Source: Calothrix sp. HK-06 (lineage in GTDB: Bacteria; Cyanobacteriota; Cyanobacteriia; Cyanobacteriales; Nostocaceae). Taken from it: a DNA stretch of 16,720 nt. The position numbers and the translations under genes are program-made. How positions within the stretch are numbered: position 1 is the stretch's first letter; the number at the start of each line of letters is the position of its first letter. Shown here one piece after another: positions 1 through 7,168 of the stretch. The DNA lies in assembly GCA_001904745.1 (NCBI GenBank), contig MRCD01000152.1, positions 1 to 16,720 on the forward strand, read 5' to 3'. A model generated the notes under the pieces. It saw only the letters and a program-made list of their open reading frames with translations, ran no database searches and was not told where the DNA came from.

Positions 1-98
1 TACATCACTATACGCACGTTCATGACGCTTGAAAAAACTTTGCGATTTACTGAATATAGTTTGTAGCGGTGCCTATGGATGGTGGGAAGATGCTTGGT
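1..98 (+). promoter_or_regulatory. candidate promoter / oriT region upstream of the relaxase gene
   Basis: In MobV plasmids oriT normally lies just upstream of the relaxase gene. The only structure seen is an imperfect inverted repeat (tacatcactata at 1-12 versus tatagtttgta at 54-64). The window is cut at position 1, so this cannot be judged properly. Confidence 0.2.
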
Positions 99-1826
99 AT
101 GACTAACTTTGCAGTTTGCCGAATCCAAAAGATAAAAAGCTGGGCATCGCTAATTAACAGTGCGATGCACGTAGCACGCGCGCATGAAATCGAGAACGCT
201 GATTTATCAATAAAAAATGTTTCCTTAATTGATGGCGCCGACGGTAAGGACATCAAGGAAATGTTTTTAGAAAAAATCGGCACCCAGAAGATACGCTCGA
301 ATGCAGTGCTGGGCATCGAAATGCTCTTGACCGCTAGTCCCCAATACTTCCGACCTGATAATCCAGACCAAGCTGGATTCTATATCCAAGAACGAGTAGA
401 CAATTTTGCTGCTGCTTGTACCGATTGGTTACTGACTCGTTATTACGGTAAAGTTGTCCAAGCTACAATGCACTTGGATGAATCGACTCCACATATCCAC
501 GCTTATATAGTACCCCTGGATAACAGAGGAAAACTTAATGCGAAGGGATTATTCCACGGGCGCCATAAACTCTCAGAATTATTAGATAGTTTTGCCCGCG
601 CGGTTGAACACCTGGGTATCAAACGCGGAGTCAAAGGAAGCAAAGCCAAACACCTTGATATAAAAAAATATTACGCTGCTGTAAACTGCAAGTCACTCCA
701 CATTAATTTAGATGATGTACTGCCGATACCAAACGATAATCAATCGGCTTTTGCATACCGTGAGTTAATCAAAGAAATTCTCCAACCCCAACTGGATATT
801 CTGAATCATCAAATCAATGACCGTGATTTACAACTACGGGAGAAAAAACATATCGAGCAGACTGCACAAGCTAGCGAGCGCGAAAGACAAAAGTTAGAAT
901 CGCGTGTGCAAAACTTAGCCTGGACTTTAGAATTATGGCAAGCGCAAGCTAACTTGTTACGCGACTTACCTTTAGAAGAGGTCGCTTACCATTTGGGGCT
1001 GCATTTAAATAGTAAAGGAATTTGGGAGGGTAATGGTTCTTCATTACGAATAGTCGGCGCCAAGTTTTACGATTACAGCGGCGCGCAATATGGTAGTGGT
1101 GGCGCTATTGATTTGGCGATGCATTTATTGCAGTGTAACTTTCGGCAAGCTGTTGCTTGGTTACATGAAATTTTTGGAGAGTCTGATTGCTTGCGTGCAG
1201 TTACCCATCATGCTAGAGAACAAACCCAAGAAATTATCTCTACCGAACGAGTACCAGAATTTGTGGCGCCTGACAGTGACCAAAGTCGATGGCATGATGT
1301 TCGTAATTATTTAGTGGACACTCGTAAGTTACCTGGCAATTTTATAGATAATCTACATGCTGCTGGGTTGATATATAGTGACGCGCGTGCAAATGCTGTT
1401 TTTGTAATGCGGTCGATGGAAAATGAAGTTACGGGCGCCTTTTTACGTGGAACATATGGATTTAACAACACTTTCTATGGTTTAGCCAAGGGTAGTAAAC
1501 GCAGTAAAGGTTGGTTTCATTTTACTGCTGGTGGACAAGGTGAGGATAAGATAATACGCACGGTTCTTACAAAATCCCCAATTGAAGCGTTATCAATCGC
1601 AGTGCTAGACCATTCCCTACTGGAGAAAACTATATATATAGCTATTGACAGTCCTCGGTGTATGCCTGTTGAGTTCCTAAGTTACTTTAAAAATATTCTT
1701 GCTGCTTATGATAACAATGCTTCGGGGGAAGAAATAGCAGGCGCCCTCTTAAAAGTTTTACCGCAAACTACTCGACTTAAACCTTCATGCCAAGATTGGA
1801 ATCAACAGTTAATTTTGATGAGGTAA
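99..1826 (+). CDS. MobV-family (Mob/Pre) relaxase with a C-terminal DUF3991/Toprim-like domain
   Basis: The ORF is open from GTG 69. ATG 99 gives MTNFAVCRIQKIKS, a typical Mob/Pre N-terminus. HLDESTPHIHAYIVP matches the HxDExxPHxH metal-binding relaxase motif. The middle is coiled-coil (QASERERQKLESRVQNL). The C-terminal half has GSGGAIDLAMHLL..AVAWL (DUF3991-like) and KSPIEALS .. AIDSP .. AYDNNASGEE (Toprim-like acidic motifs). Confidence 0.85.
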   Translation: MTNFAVCRIQKIKSWASLINSAMHVARAHEIENADLSIKNVSLIDGADGKDIKEMFLEKIGTQKIRSNAVLGIEMLLTASPQYFRPDNPDQAGFYIQERVDNFAAACTDWLLTRYYGKVVQATMHLDESTPHIHAYIVPLDNRGKLNAKGLFHGRHKLSELLDSFARAVEHLGIKRGVKGSKAKHLDIKKYYAAVNCKSLHINLDDVLPIPNDNQSAFAYRELIKEILQPQLDILNHQINDRDLQLREKKHIEQTAQASERERQKLESRVQNLAWTLELWQAQANLLRDLPLEEVAYHLGLHLNSKGIWEGNGSSLRIVGAKFYDYSGAQYGSGGAIDLAMHLLQCNFRQAVAWLHEIFGESDCLRAVTHHAREQTQEIISTERVPEFVAPDSDQSRWHDVRNYLVDTRKLPGNFIDNLHAAGLIYSDARANAVFVMRSMENEVTGAFLRGTYGFNNTFYGLAKGSKRSKGWFHFTAGGQGEDKIIRTVLTKSPIEALSIAVLDHSLLEKTIYIAIDSPRCMPVEFLSYFKNILAAYDNNASGEEIAGALLKVLPQTTRLKPSCQDWNQQLILMR

Positions 1827-1831
1827 GTTAT

Positions 1832-2072
1832 ATGAAAGCAACAGAGTGAGAAAAAATATCCAAACATTGCTCGCTGGATAGACGAACATACTGGTTGGAT
1901 TGAGATTGGTTATAACGTTGATAGTCCTCTTAATTCTTATATCCGCGCGATTGACTGTGGTGGGATGTTTTGAGAGGGAAAGGAGAGTTACGAAACTGTA
2001 GAGGAAGCACTGCAAGATTTAAATGCTGGACTGGAAGATGTTTTAGAAGAAATTTACGGCACCGATAATTAA
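1832..2072 (+). pseudogene. decayed small conserved hypothetical gene (frameshift plus TGG-to-TGA nonsense)
   Basis: ATG 1832 reads MKATE and then hits TGA at 1847. Shifting one base continues as EKKYPNIARWIDEHTGWIEIGYNVDSPLNSYIRAIDCGGMF, then TGA at 1971-1973, then EGKESYETVEEALQDLNAGLEDVLEEIYGTDN, with stop at 2070-2072. The GGMF-stop-EG context looks like GGM(F/I)WEG with Trp TGG mutated to TGA. Recognition of the family is from memory only. Confidence 0.4.
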
Positions 2073-2093
2073 TTTTATTGAGAGGAATTTAAT

Positions 2094-2465
2094 TTATATT
2101 GTGATTGAGCCGGGAGCATCCAAAAAGATTCCCAAATGGGCCTCGCATTTGACAAATTGCTTGCTGTTCCTCAATTACTAAAGGTTCTCTATATAATTTG
2201 GTGCCATGCTTTTTAGCATAATCTACAGCTTGCTCAAATTTCTCAACGCGCTCCTTTTGCTACTTGACCTGCATTTCCAGAACGCCTGCATTTCGTCCGT
2301 AAGATGGAAAAACATTTTAATCCCGTTGATGTCAATAGCTGCTCCTCGTACTTCGTTCTCTACGTAAAAGTATTTTACTGGTAAATCTAAAAGTTGACTG
2401 TACCATTGAGCAGCTGCAACAACATCATTAACAAAATAAAATATAGCTTGAACACTCTTAAACAT
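2094..2465 (-). pseudogene. VOC / glyoxalase-bleomycin-resistance family gene broken by frameshifts
   Basis: The N-terminal part (ORF 2223-2465) reads MFKSVQAIFYFVNDVVAAAQWYSQLLDLPVKYFYVENEVRGAAIDINGIKMFFHLTDE and is VOC-like. The reading frame then degenerates. A different frame downstream encodes VEKFEQAVDYAKKHGTKLYREPLVIEEQQAICQMRGPFGNLFG, with stop at 2094-2096, resembling the usual C-terminal DPFGN.FG end of VOC proteins. Confidence 0.5.
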
Positions 2466-2471
2466 ATTTAC

Positions 2472-3011
2472 TTATTCTATTTTTTGTAGTCGGTGCCTAA
2501 ATTCCAAATCTATAATATTTCTAGCTCCTATGAACAATACAATTTCACGCTCAGTTGGAGAAAGCCAAATTTGATATAACTGTTCATCATATTCTTCGGC
2601 TTCAAGTATTGTACCTACTTCCAAATATTTACTTCCAAAAAAATCAGAATTACCAAAATGGAACTCTCCTTCTATTTTTAGTTTTGCTTGCTTCAATCGT
2701 CCGCTCGTCTTGGCTTGGTAATAAGCTTGAGACAGTTCTTCTGAACTTGTAACCTTATAAACAAACTTCTCCATTAATGTATTACATTTTTCTTCTCCTA
2801 ACTTCATCATTAACTTTGATGGTGGTGGACTTTTATAATTTGCTATTTTCTCTTCGTTATCGCCCTTCGGGCAAACTACGTTAACAGCAATCTGAACTTT
2901 TAACTTTTGAATACAATACTTTACTGCTTCTTGTACACTGATATTATGAATCTCGGCTATTTGCTTAACATGAGCAATAAGCTCAAGCTTCCGAAAAGAA
3001 TTAGATTCCAT
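2472..3011 (-). CDS. hypothetical protein (179 aa)
   Basis: An intact ORF with an ATG start and a protein-like composition. The N-terminus (ELIAHVKQIAEIHNISVQEAVKYCIQKL) could be a small DNA-binding helix pair. No family was recognised. Confidence 0.5.
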   Translation of the reverse strand: MESNSFRKLELIAHVKQIAEIHNISVQEAVKYCIQKLKVQIAVNVVCPKGDNEEKIANYKSPPPSKLMMKLGEEKCNTLMEKFVYKVTSSEELSQAYYQAKTSGRLKQAKLKIEGEFHFGNSDFFGSKYLEVGTILEAEEYDEQLYQIWLSPTEREIVLFIGARNIIDLEFRHRLQKIE

Positions 3012-3371
3012 ATTTATTGATGAATGTAAACGTCAACAAAGTATTACTATCCGCTCGCTCCAGGCACCGATTAATCCTAATTATTTTTAATTAAACTCTA
3101 AACTACAGATAAATCAAAATTTTCTCCTTTTTCCTCAACTGCATACTCTAAAACTAATCTTTTTATTTCCTTAAAGTATTTTAGGTATGTTTCTACACTT
3201 TGGAAGATATAAAAGGTGAGAAGGTTGAAGTATATAGAGACACTACTGGTATTCCACCCACAGATTATGCGCGTATCATTGGACAGCTGTTAGTAAAAGA
3301 TTACAACTTAATTTAGAACAATAAGAAAGCCTACAACTTCTTCATATTAAATTAACTTTACATACTTGGGA

Positions 3372-4028
3372 TTACTTGAGCAACCCCAATTCCATGCCAG
3401 CGATTAATTGTTGGGCAAGAGGATAAAATATTTCTGCACGTTGTTTAGTCTTAGAACTAAACCCACCATTATCAACAATTTCGCATTTAATTTCAGTTTG
3501 TCCCGGTGACTGCTGCTTTATTACAATCCTACCAAGTTTACCAAGTTCTTTGTGCGTAAACACGTAATAAAAAGTAGTACCTTCTTGTTCCTTGCGAAAG
3601 CTAACTCCCGTGGGCATCTTCATGGGGGTTAAGATGACATTGCTTATTCCTACCATATCCATTACACCGTTCGGCCGTGCGATAAATAGTTCTACTTTAG
3701 GTGGTACAACCATAACAACCACAGCTTCGTTGCTAGGGTCATATTGTTGAAGAACGCTTGCAACTTCACGCTTAAATTCGACGCTTGTCATCCACAAGGC
3801 AACTGAACTATCAGCTTGGGGCACATAAAGAAAATCTTTCCGTGGCGCCTGTAAACCCAAAATGATACCTCTATCCCATTCGCTGTATTGTGCAAGAGCT
3901 ACCTGTAACGCAACACTTCCAAACACTTGTAAAAATGGTCGGTTTGGGTCGGTATGGATTTGCACTATGCCATTTTCAATCAAATGCTTGACCGAAAAAC
4001 TAATTGGGTCATTATGTGAATCTTTCAC
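3372..4028 (-). CDS. hypothetical protein (218 aa)
   Basis: An intact ORF with a GTG start at 4028, preceded by AGGTG 5 nt upstream. No recognisable motifs. Confidence 0.55.
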   Translation of the reverse strand: MKDSHNDPISFSVKHLIENGIVQIHTDPNRPFLQVFGSVALQVALAQYSEWDRGIILGLQAPRKDFLYVPQADSSVALWMTSVEFKREVASVLQQYDPSNEAVVVMVVPPKVELFIARPNGVMDMVGISNVILTPMKMPTGVSFRKEQEGTTFYYVFTHKELGKLGRIVIKQQSPGQTEIKCEIVDNGGFSSKTKQRAEIFYPLAQQLIAGMELGLLK

Positions 4029-4344
4029 GGATACACCTAGTTAACAAAGCTTCAATCATTGTACGGTAAGCGGCGCCAACTTTATGCTACAACCTGGCTC
4101 TCTATTAGCATCGGAACAAAAACCGGGTAATCGCAGTGTTACATGAATGTTACAGAAGTAACCAAGCGCTGTTCGCAGAGCGTGCCGTTAGGCATAACCC
4201 TTGATTTATAGCTCTTGAGATTGCTTAGTAATTTATAGAGTGAGCCACCACACCCCCAATCAAATCCTTATGCAATAAGACTTTTAAGCTTAACCCGGTA
4301 ATAGTTCCAATGATGCTTCTAAGCCTTCCCATGCGAATGTCGAA

Positions 4345-5298
4345 TCACCTATTAAGTGAGTTAACACAAGTATAAATTATTCTTTTAAATCCTTGTACTT
4401 TACGCTTAGGCATTGGCTTGTTAAATTCAGAGGTTAATATTGCTAATCCCTCATTCGATACCAAATAACTCGTATTATTGATTGGGCAATTTTGTGGTGT
4501 ACGTTTTTCAATCAACGCACTACAAATATGATGCCACGGAATGGCACCAAGTAAACTAGTACATATCACCATCAGCGAAGAAGGTAAGTCTACATAATTG
4601 CATAATATATCTTGTGATTTATGCAATATCCAGCAGTAAGACATTAGAGATATTAGTATATTTTCCTTACCAGGAGTAAATACATATTGTGAAGCAAGCT
4701 GGGCACTTGATGTCTGAATGTCAAGATATTGTTTGGTAATTTGACCAATTTGTTTTTTCAATTCATAATCAACTTCAATGTTGATAAAATCGTCGTTGTA
4801 CAAATTGTTTATTGCAATATCTACTAATCCAGTAATTATATCAGTTCGCTTGCGATGCTTCCTATAAATTTCAAATATTACTGTATCGAAACTAGCCTTT
4901 CTATCATTACATGTGATGGGGAGTAGTCTTGCTATATTGTACATCATTGGTTCGCGAAATGATAATTTCTGAGGGGTGTCTGATAAACCCACAAATGTAG
5001 GTTGAATCCCAAAATCCAATATTTCAAGAAATCGCTGCCTAAACAATGCCAATGATTGTTTGCGATTTGTGTGTTTTATTGATTTGTAAACGACGCTTTT
5101 TATGTTTGACCTATCAGGACAGTCGATGCTTACACCGGGAAAGTGGCGCCAGTAAGTTCGTTTATGCTCACCGCAAGCTAAACAAATTTCTCCGAAACAC
5201 GTGCCGCATACTGGTAGTTTATCGCAATACGTTTCATAATCGGCATCGGATGCCTTTATTATATCTCCGTCAGCTATACTGAATGCTGTTACACTCAT
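4345..5298 (-). CDS. hypothetical protein with an N-terminal Cys-rich zinc-ribbon (CoiA-N-like pattern)
   Basis: 317 aa. The N-terminus CDKLPVCGTCFGEICLACGEHKRTYWRHFPGVSIDC has CxxC..CxxC, then a basic-aromatic-His segment, then Cys. This is reminiscent of the zinc-finger N-terminus of CoiA-like proteins. The rest is unrecognised. Confidence 0.55.
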   Translation of the reverse strand: MSVTAFSIADGDIIKASDADYETYCDKLPVCGTCFGEICLACGEHKRTYWRHFPGVSIDCPDRSNIKSVVYKSIKHTNRKQSLALFRQRFLEILDFGIQPTFVGLSDTPQKLSFREPMMYNIARLLPITCNDRKASFDTVIFEIYRKHRKRTDIITGLVDIAINNLYNDDFINIEVDYELKKQIGQITKQYLDIQTSSAQLASQYVFTPGKENILISLMSYCWILHKSQDILCNYVDLPSSLMVICTSLLGAIPWHHICSALIEKRTPQNCPINNTSYLVSNEGLAILTSEFNKPMPKRKVQGFKRIIYTCVNSLNR

Positions 5299-5377
5299 GT
5301 TCGCTCAATTAATAATTATTTAATTACGAACATGCGTGCATTTGCGATGATATTGATTATAAATAATTAAGCGCATG

Positions 5378-5408
5378 AAGAGGAATGTACATAGGTTGTA
5401 CACCTCTT
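5378..5408 (-). terminator. candidate hairpin terminator / regulatory stem-loop after the 5420-5971 gene
   Basis: aagagg(aa)tgtaca-taggt-tgtaca-cctctt forms about 12 bp of stem with a 5-nt loop, starting 11 nt downstream of the stop codon at 5420-5422. It lacks a clean U-tract on the minus-strand transcript. Confidence 0.3.
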
Positions 5409-5419
5409 TACTCTGTGAG

Positions 5420-5971
5420 TTAATTCAAGCAATAGTTATTAAACCAAGTTATAATTCTGTTTCGATAGGCACTAGGGCTTCTGAATGATTCAAACATTCC
5501 ATTTTTTGAATAATTTTGTATATATTCTTGCATTTGCTTTTGATGCTCAAGTAATATTTGTTCTAATTGCTCAGGAGTGATTTCTGCTTTTTGGCTGGGG
5601 TTAGCTTTTGGGTATTGTTCCCGTAGAAATTTCATTTCTGTGTTGAATTCTGTTACGTATAAATCGCATGAATATTGATTGAGTAAAAGGATGTGTGATG
5701 GCTCAGTATCATCGGAGCCAAAGTCGATATTGTAATCTGGTTTTAATTTTTGGTATGCTTTTGCTAATTCTATGCTCATACCATCATTTTTTAAAAGGGG
5801 ATAGTACACATCGTAGTAGCTGAAGGTTTTGCTCCATCCACCGTCGCTCCAAGTTGCATTTGTTGCCTGGTAAAATATCCCAATCCATTGTTTCGTTTCT
5901 TCTACCACATTTATTGCTTCTTTTAGAAATTCAGGAGCGGGAATTGAGAGTTTGTAACTATGTTCAAACAT
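5420..5971 (-). CDS. hypothetical protein (183 aa from ATG 5971)
   Basis: The ORF track starts at 6061, but that would overlap the upstream gene by 62 nt. ATG at 5969-5971 (MFEHSYKLSIP) lies 28 nt after the upstream stop codon and is the more plausible start. No family was recognised. Confidence 0.5.
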   Translation of the reverse strand: MFEHSYKLSIPAPEFLKEAINVVEETKQWIGIFYQATNATWSDGGWSKTFSYYDVYYPLLKNDGMSIELAKAYQKLKPDYNIDFGSDDTEPSHILLLNQYSCDLYVTEFNTEMKFLREQYPKANPSQKAEITPEQLEQILLEHQKQMQEYIQNYSKNGMFESFRSPSAYRNRIITWFNNYCLN

Positions 5972-5999
5972 AATGTTTTTCTTGATAGTTAATAGTTTT

Positions 6000-6692
6000 T
6001 CAATTTGTTGGCGGCATAGGTTCAACTTTATACCGTTGCCGCATGATTCTGAATAACGCAATTCTTACCTCATAGGGGTTGCGATGTGAGTGAAATGTGA
6101 AACACATCCCGTTATTTAATGCCTTTATTTCATCCGATGTTAGTGGTACATGTTCTGCATAATTTGATACTCCTTGCCTATGTGCTATTTCTACCTGTTT
6201 ATTGATGCCAGGTTTTGTTTGTAGCAATTTTAAACATTCAATGGGTATTATTTCTACCATCCAGCTACCATCCGAAGTACTGAACCAGGCGGCACCTATT
6301 TTACATCTACCAAAATTGACGTTGAGGTTGGTAGCGTGCGACTGGGCAATGTTGATGCTATCGTATTCGCCTAATGTTTTTTGATGCCACACAGTATTAA
6401 AAACTTCCCATTTCGTCGGGTTTATTGTACTTTGTCGTACCATGTAACGAGCAGGTGTAGGCGCCAATAGTTGTGTGTCAACCCAAGTGTAGTAATCTTC
6501 CCCTATATACACAGCATGAATAAATGCGCGATTTTTTGATTCGTTTTTATGCAGAATCTCTACTTCGTACCCGTGCGCGAGGGCGACTGGTGTACCATCA
6601 CAAACCCAGGTGTTAGAGTTATCTATGTCTCCATCATATTCGGGGTAAGCGATATTGAGTTTCAAAGTTACCCATACTTTACTTTCACGCAT
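6000..6692 (-). CDS. hypothetical protein (230 aa)
   Basis: An intact ORF with ATG at 6690-6692, preceded by an extremely AT-rich leader. No family was recognised. Confidence 0.55.
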   Translation of the reverse strand: MRESKVWVTLKLNIAYPEYDGDIDNSNTWVCDGTPVALAHGYEVEILHKNESKNRAFIHAVYIGEDYYTWVDTQLLAPTPARYMVRQSTINPTKWEVFNTVWHQKTLGEYDSINIAQSHATNLNVNFGRCKIGAAWFSTSDGSWMVEIIPIECLKLLQTKPGINKQVEIAHRQGVSNYAEHVPLTSDEIKALNNGMCFTFHSHRNPYEVRIALFRIMRQRYKVEPMPPTN

Positions 6693-6967
6693 ATTTTTAT
6701 TAAAATTATTATTAATATAATTGTGTGAGCAATAACGATTTTATTAATATAAGTTATATTATATAAATCGATAGGGTCACATGCTATAACCGCAGCCAAT
6801 TCATTGATAAAATAAAATTCATGTTTACCTTCGTTATCCTCGATTACCAGCATATTGTCTACGTCGTAGTCGATTGAAGAATAACCATAAAGATAGATAA
6901 CTGGCGCCAGTTTAATATTTTTCAATAAGGGCGAAGGTTTGGGGACATTATGGTTAAAGCGCATCAT
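6668..6967 (-). CDS. possible small hypothetical protein (99 aa)
   Basis: The first ~70 aa look protein-like (APVIYLYGYSSIDYDVDNMLVIEDNEGKHEFYFINELAAVIACDPIDLY). The tail (AHTIILIIILIKICVKVKYG) is a translation of the AT-rich leader of the next gene, so the true 3' end is uncertain. Confidence 0.35.
   Translation of the reverse strand: MMRFNHNVPKPSPLLKNIKLAPVIYLYGYSSIDYDVDNMLVIEDNEGKHEFYFINELAAVIACDPIDLYNITYINKIVIAHTIILIIILIKICVKVKYG
6709..6752 (-). promoter_or_regulatory. AT-rich leader with a 12-nt direct repeat upstream of the 6000-6692 gene
   Basis: TTATTAATATAA occurs at 6709-6720 and 6741-6752, a 32-nt period, in an almost pure A/T stretch just upstream of ATG 6692. It is a possible promoter or operator, but low sequence complexity makes chance repetition likely. 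Confidence 0.2.
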
Positions 6968-7168
6968 CTTAATTACGTGTATACTTATGACGTATTTTAT
7001 ACTATAATTGTTTGATTATGATTAGCCACGTTAGTAAAATAAGTACCAGTTAAATTAGGTTACATAACTAGCGCTTATTGAATTACGTGATGGTACTGTC
7101 AAATAATGTTTTTTGTTAGCAATTTATCAATTGCTACCATACCATTGGATTCTGCTATTTTTGGTACC

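Noticed and set aside
47-316. Antisense or shadow ORFs from the six-frame track: 47-316(-), 1090-1314(+), 1809-2015(-), 2555-2752(+), 3862-4044(+), 5046-5282(+), 6202-6384(+), 8204-8392(-), 9569-9760(+), 16304-16492(+) and 16374-16565(+).
   Set aside because: Each lies inside, and antisense or out of frame to, a longer ORF with clear protein-family motifs or better coding character, or lies in the pseudogene zone. Their translations are low-complexity or hydrophobic junk with no motifs.
3098-3317. Two start-less reading-frame fragments in the 3012-3371 spacer. The plus strand reads ..LEDIKGEKVEVYRDTTGIPPTDYARIIGQLLVKDYNLI, and the minus strand reads ..VETYLKYFKEIKRLVLEYAVEEKGENFDLSVV.
   Set aside because: Neither has a start codon or a recognisable family. 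They may be gene remnants, but I cannot support a call.
5972-6061. The upstream start (ATG 6061) of the 5420-6061 ORF.
   Set aside because: It would overlap the preceding gene by 62 nt, and the extra 30 aa (MRYSESCGNGIKLNLCRQQIEK..) look like an out-of-frame read of that gene. ATG 5971 is preferred.
6971-7089. 9-nt direct repeat AATTACGTG at 6971-6979 and 7081-7089 in the intergenic region below the DpdA-like gene.
   Set aside because: A single 9-mer pair in 200 bp of AT-rich DNA has a non-negligible chance probability (my rough estimate is about 0.1), and there are no further copies.
7117-7136. Inverted repeat tagcaatt-tatc-aattgcta downstream of the DpdA-like gene, considered as an intrinsic terminator.
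   Set aside because: The stem is AT-rich and only 8 bp long. On the minus-strand transcript it is followed by an A-run, not a U-run, and there is no U-tract on the plus strand either.
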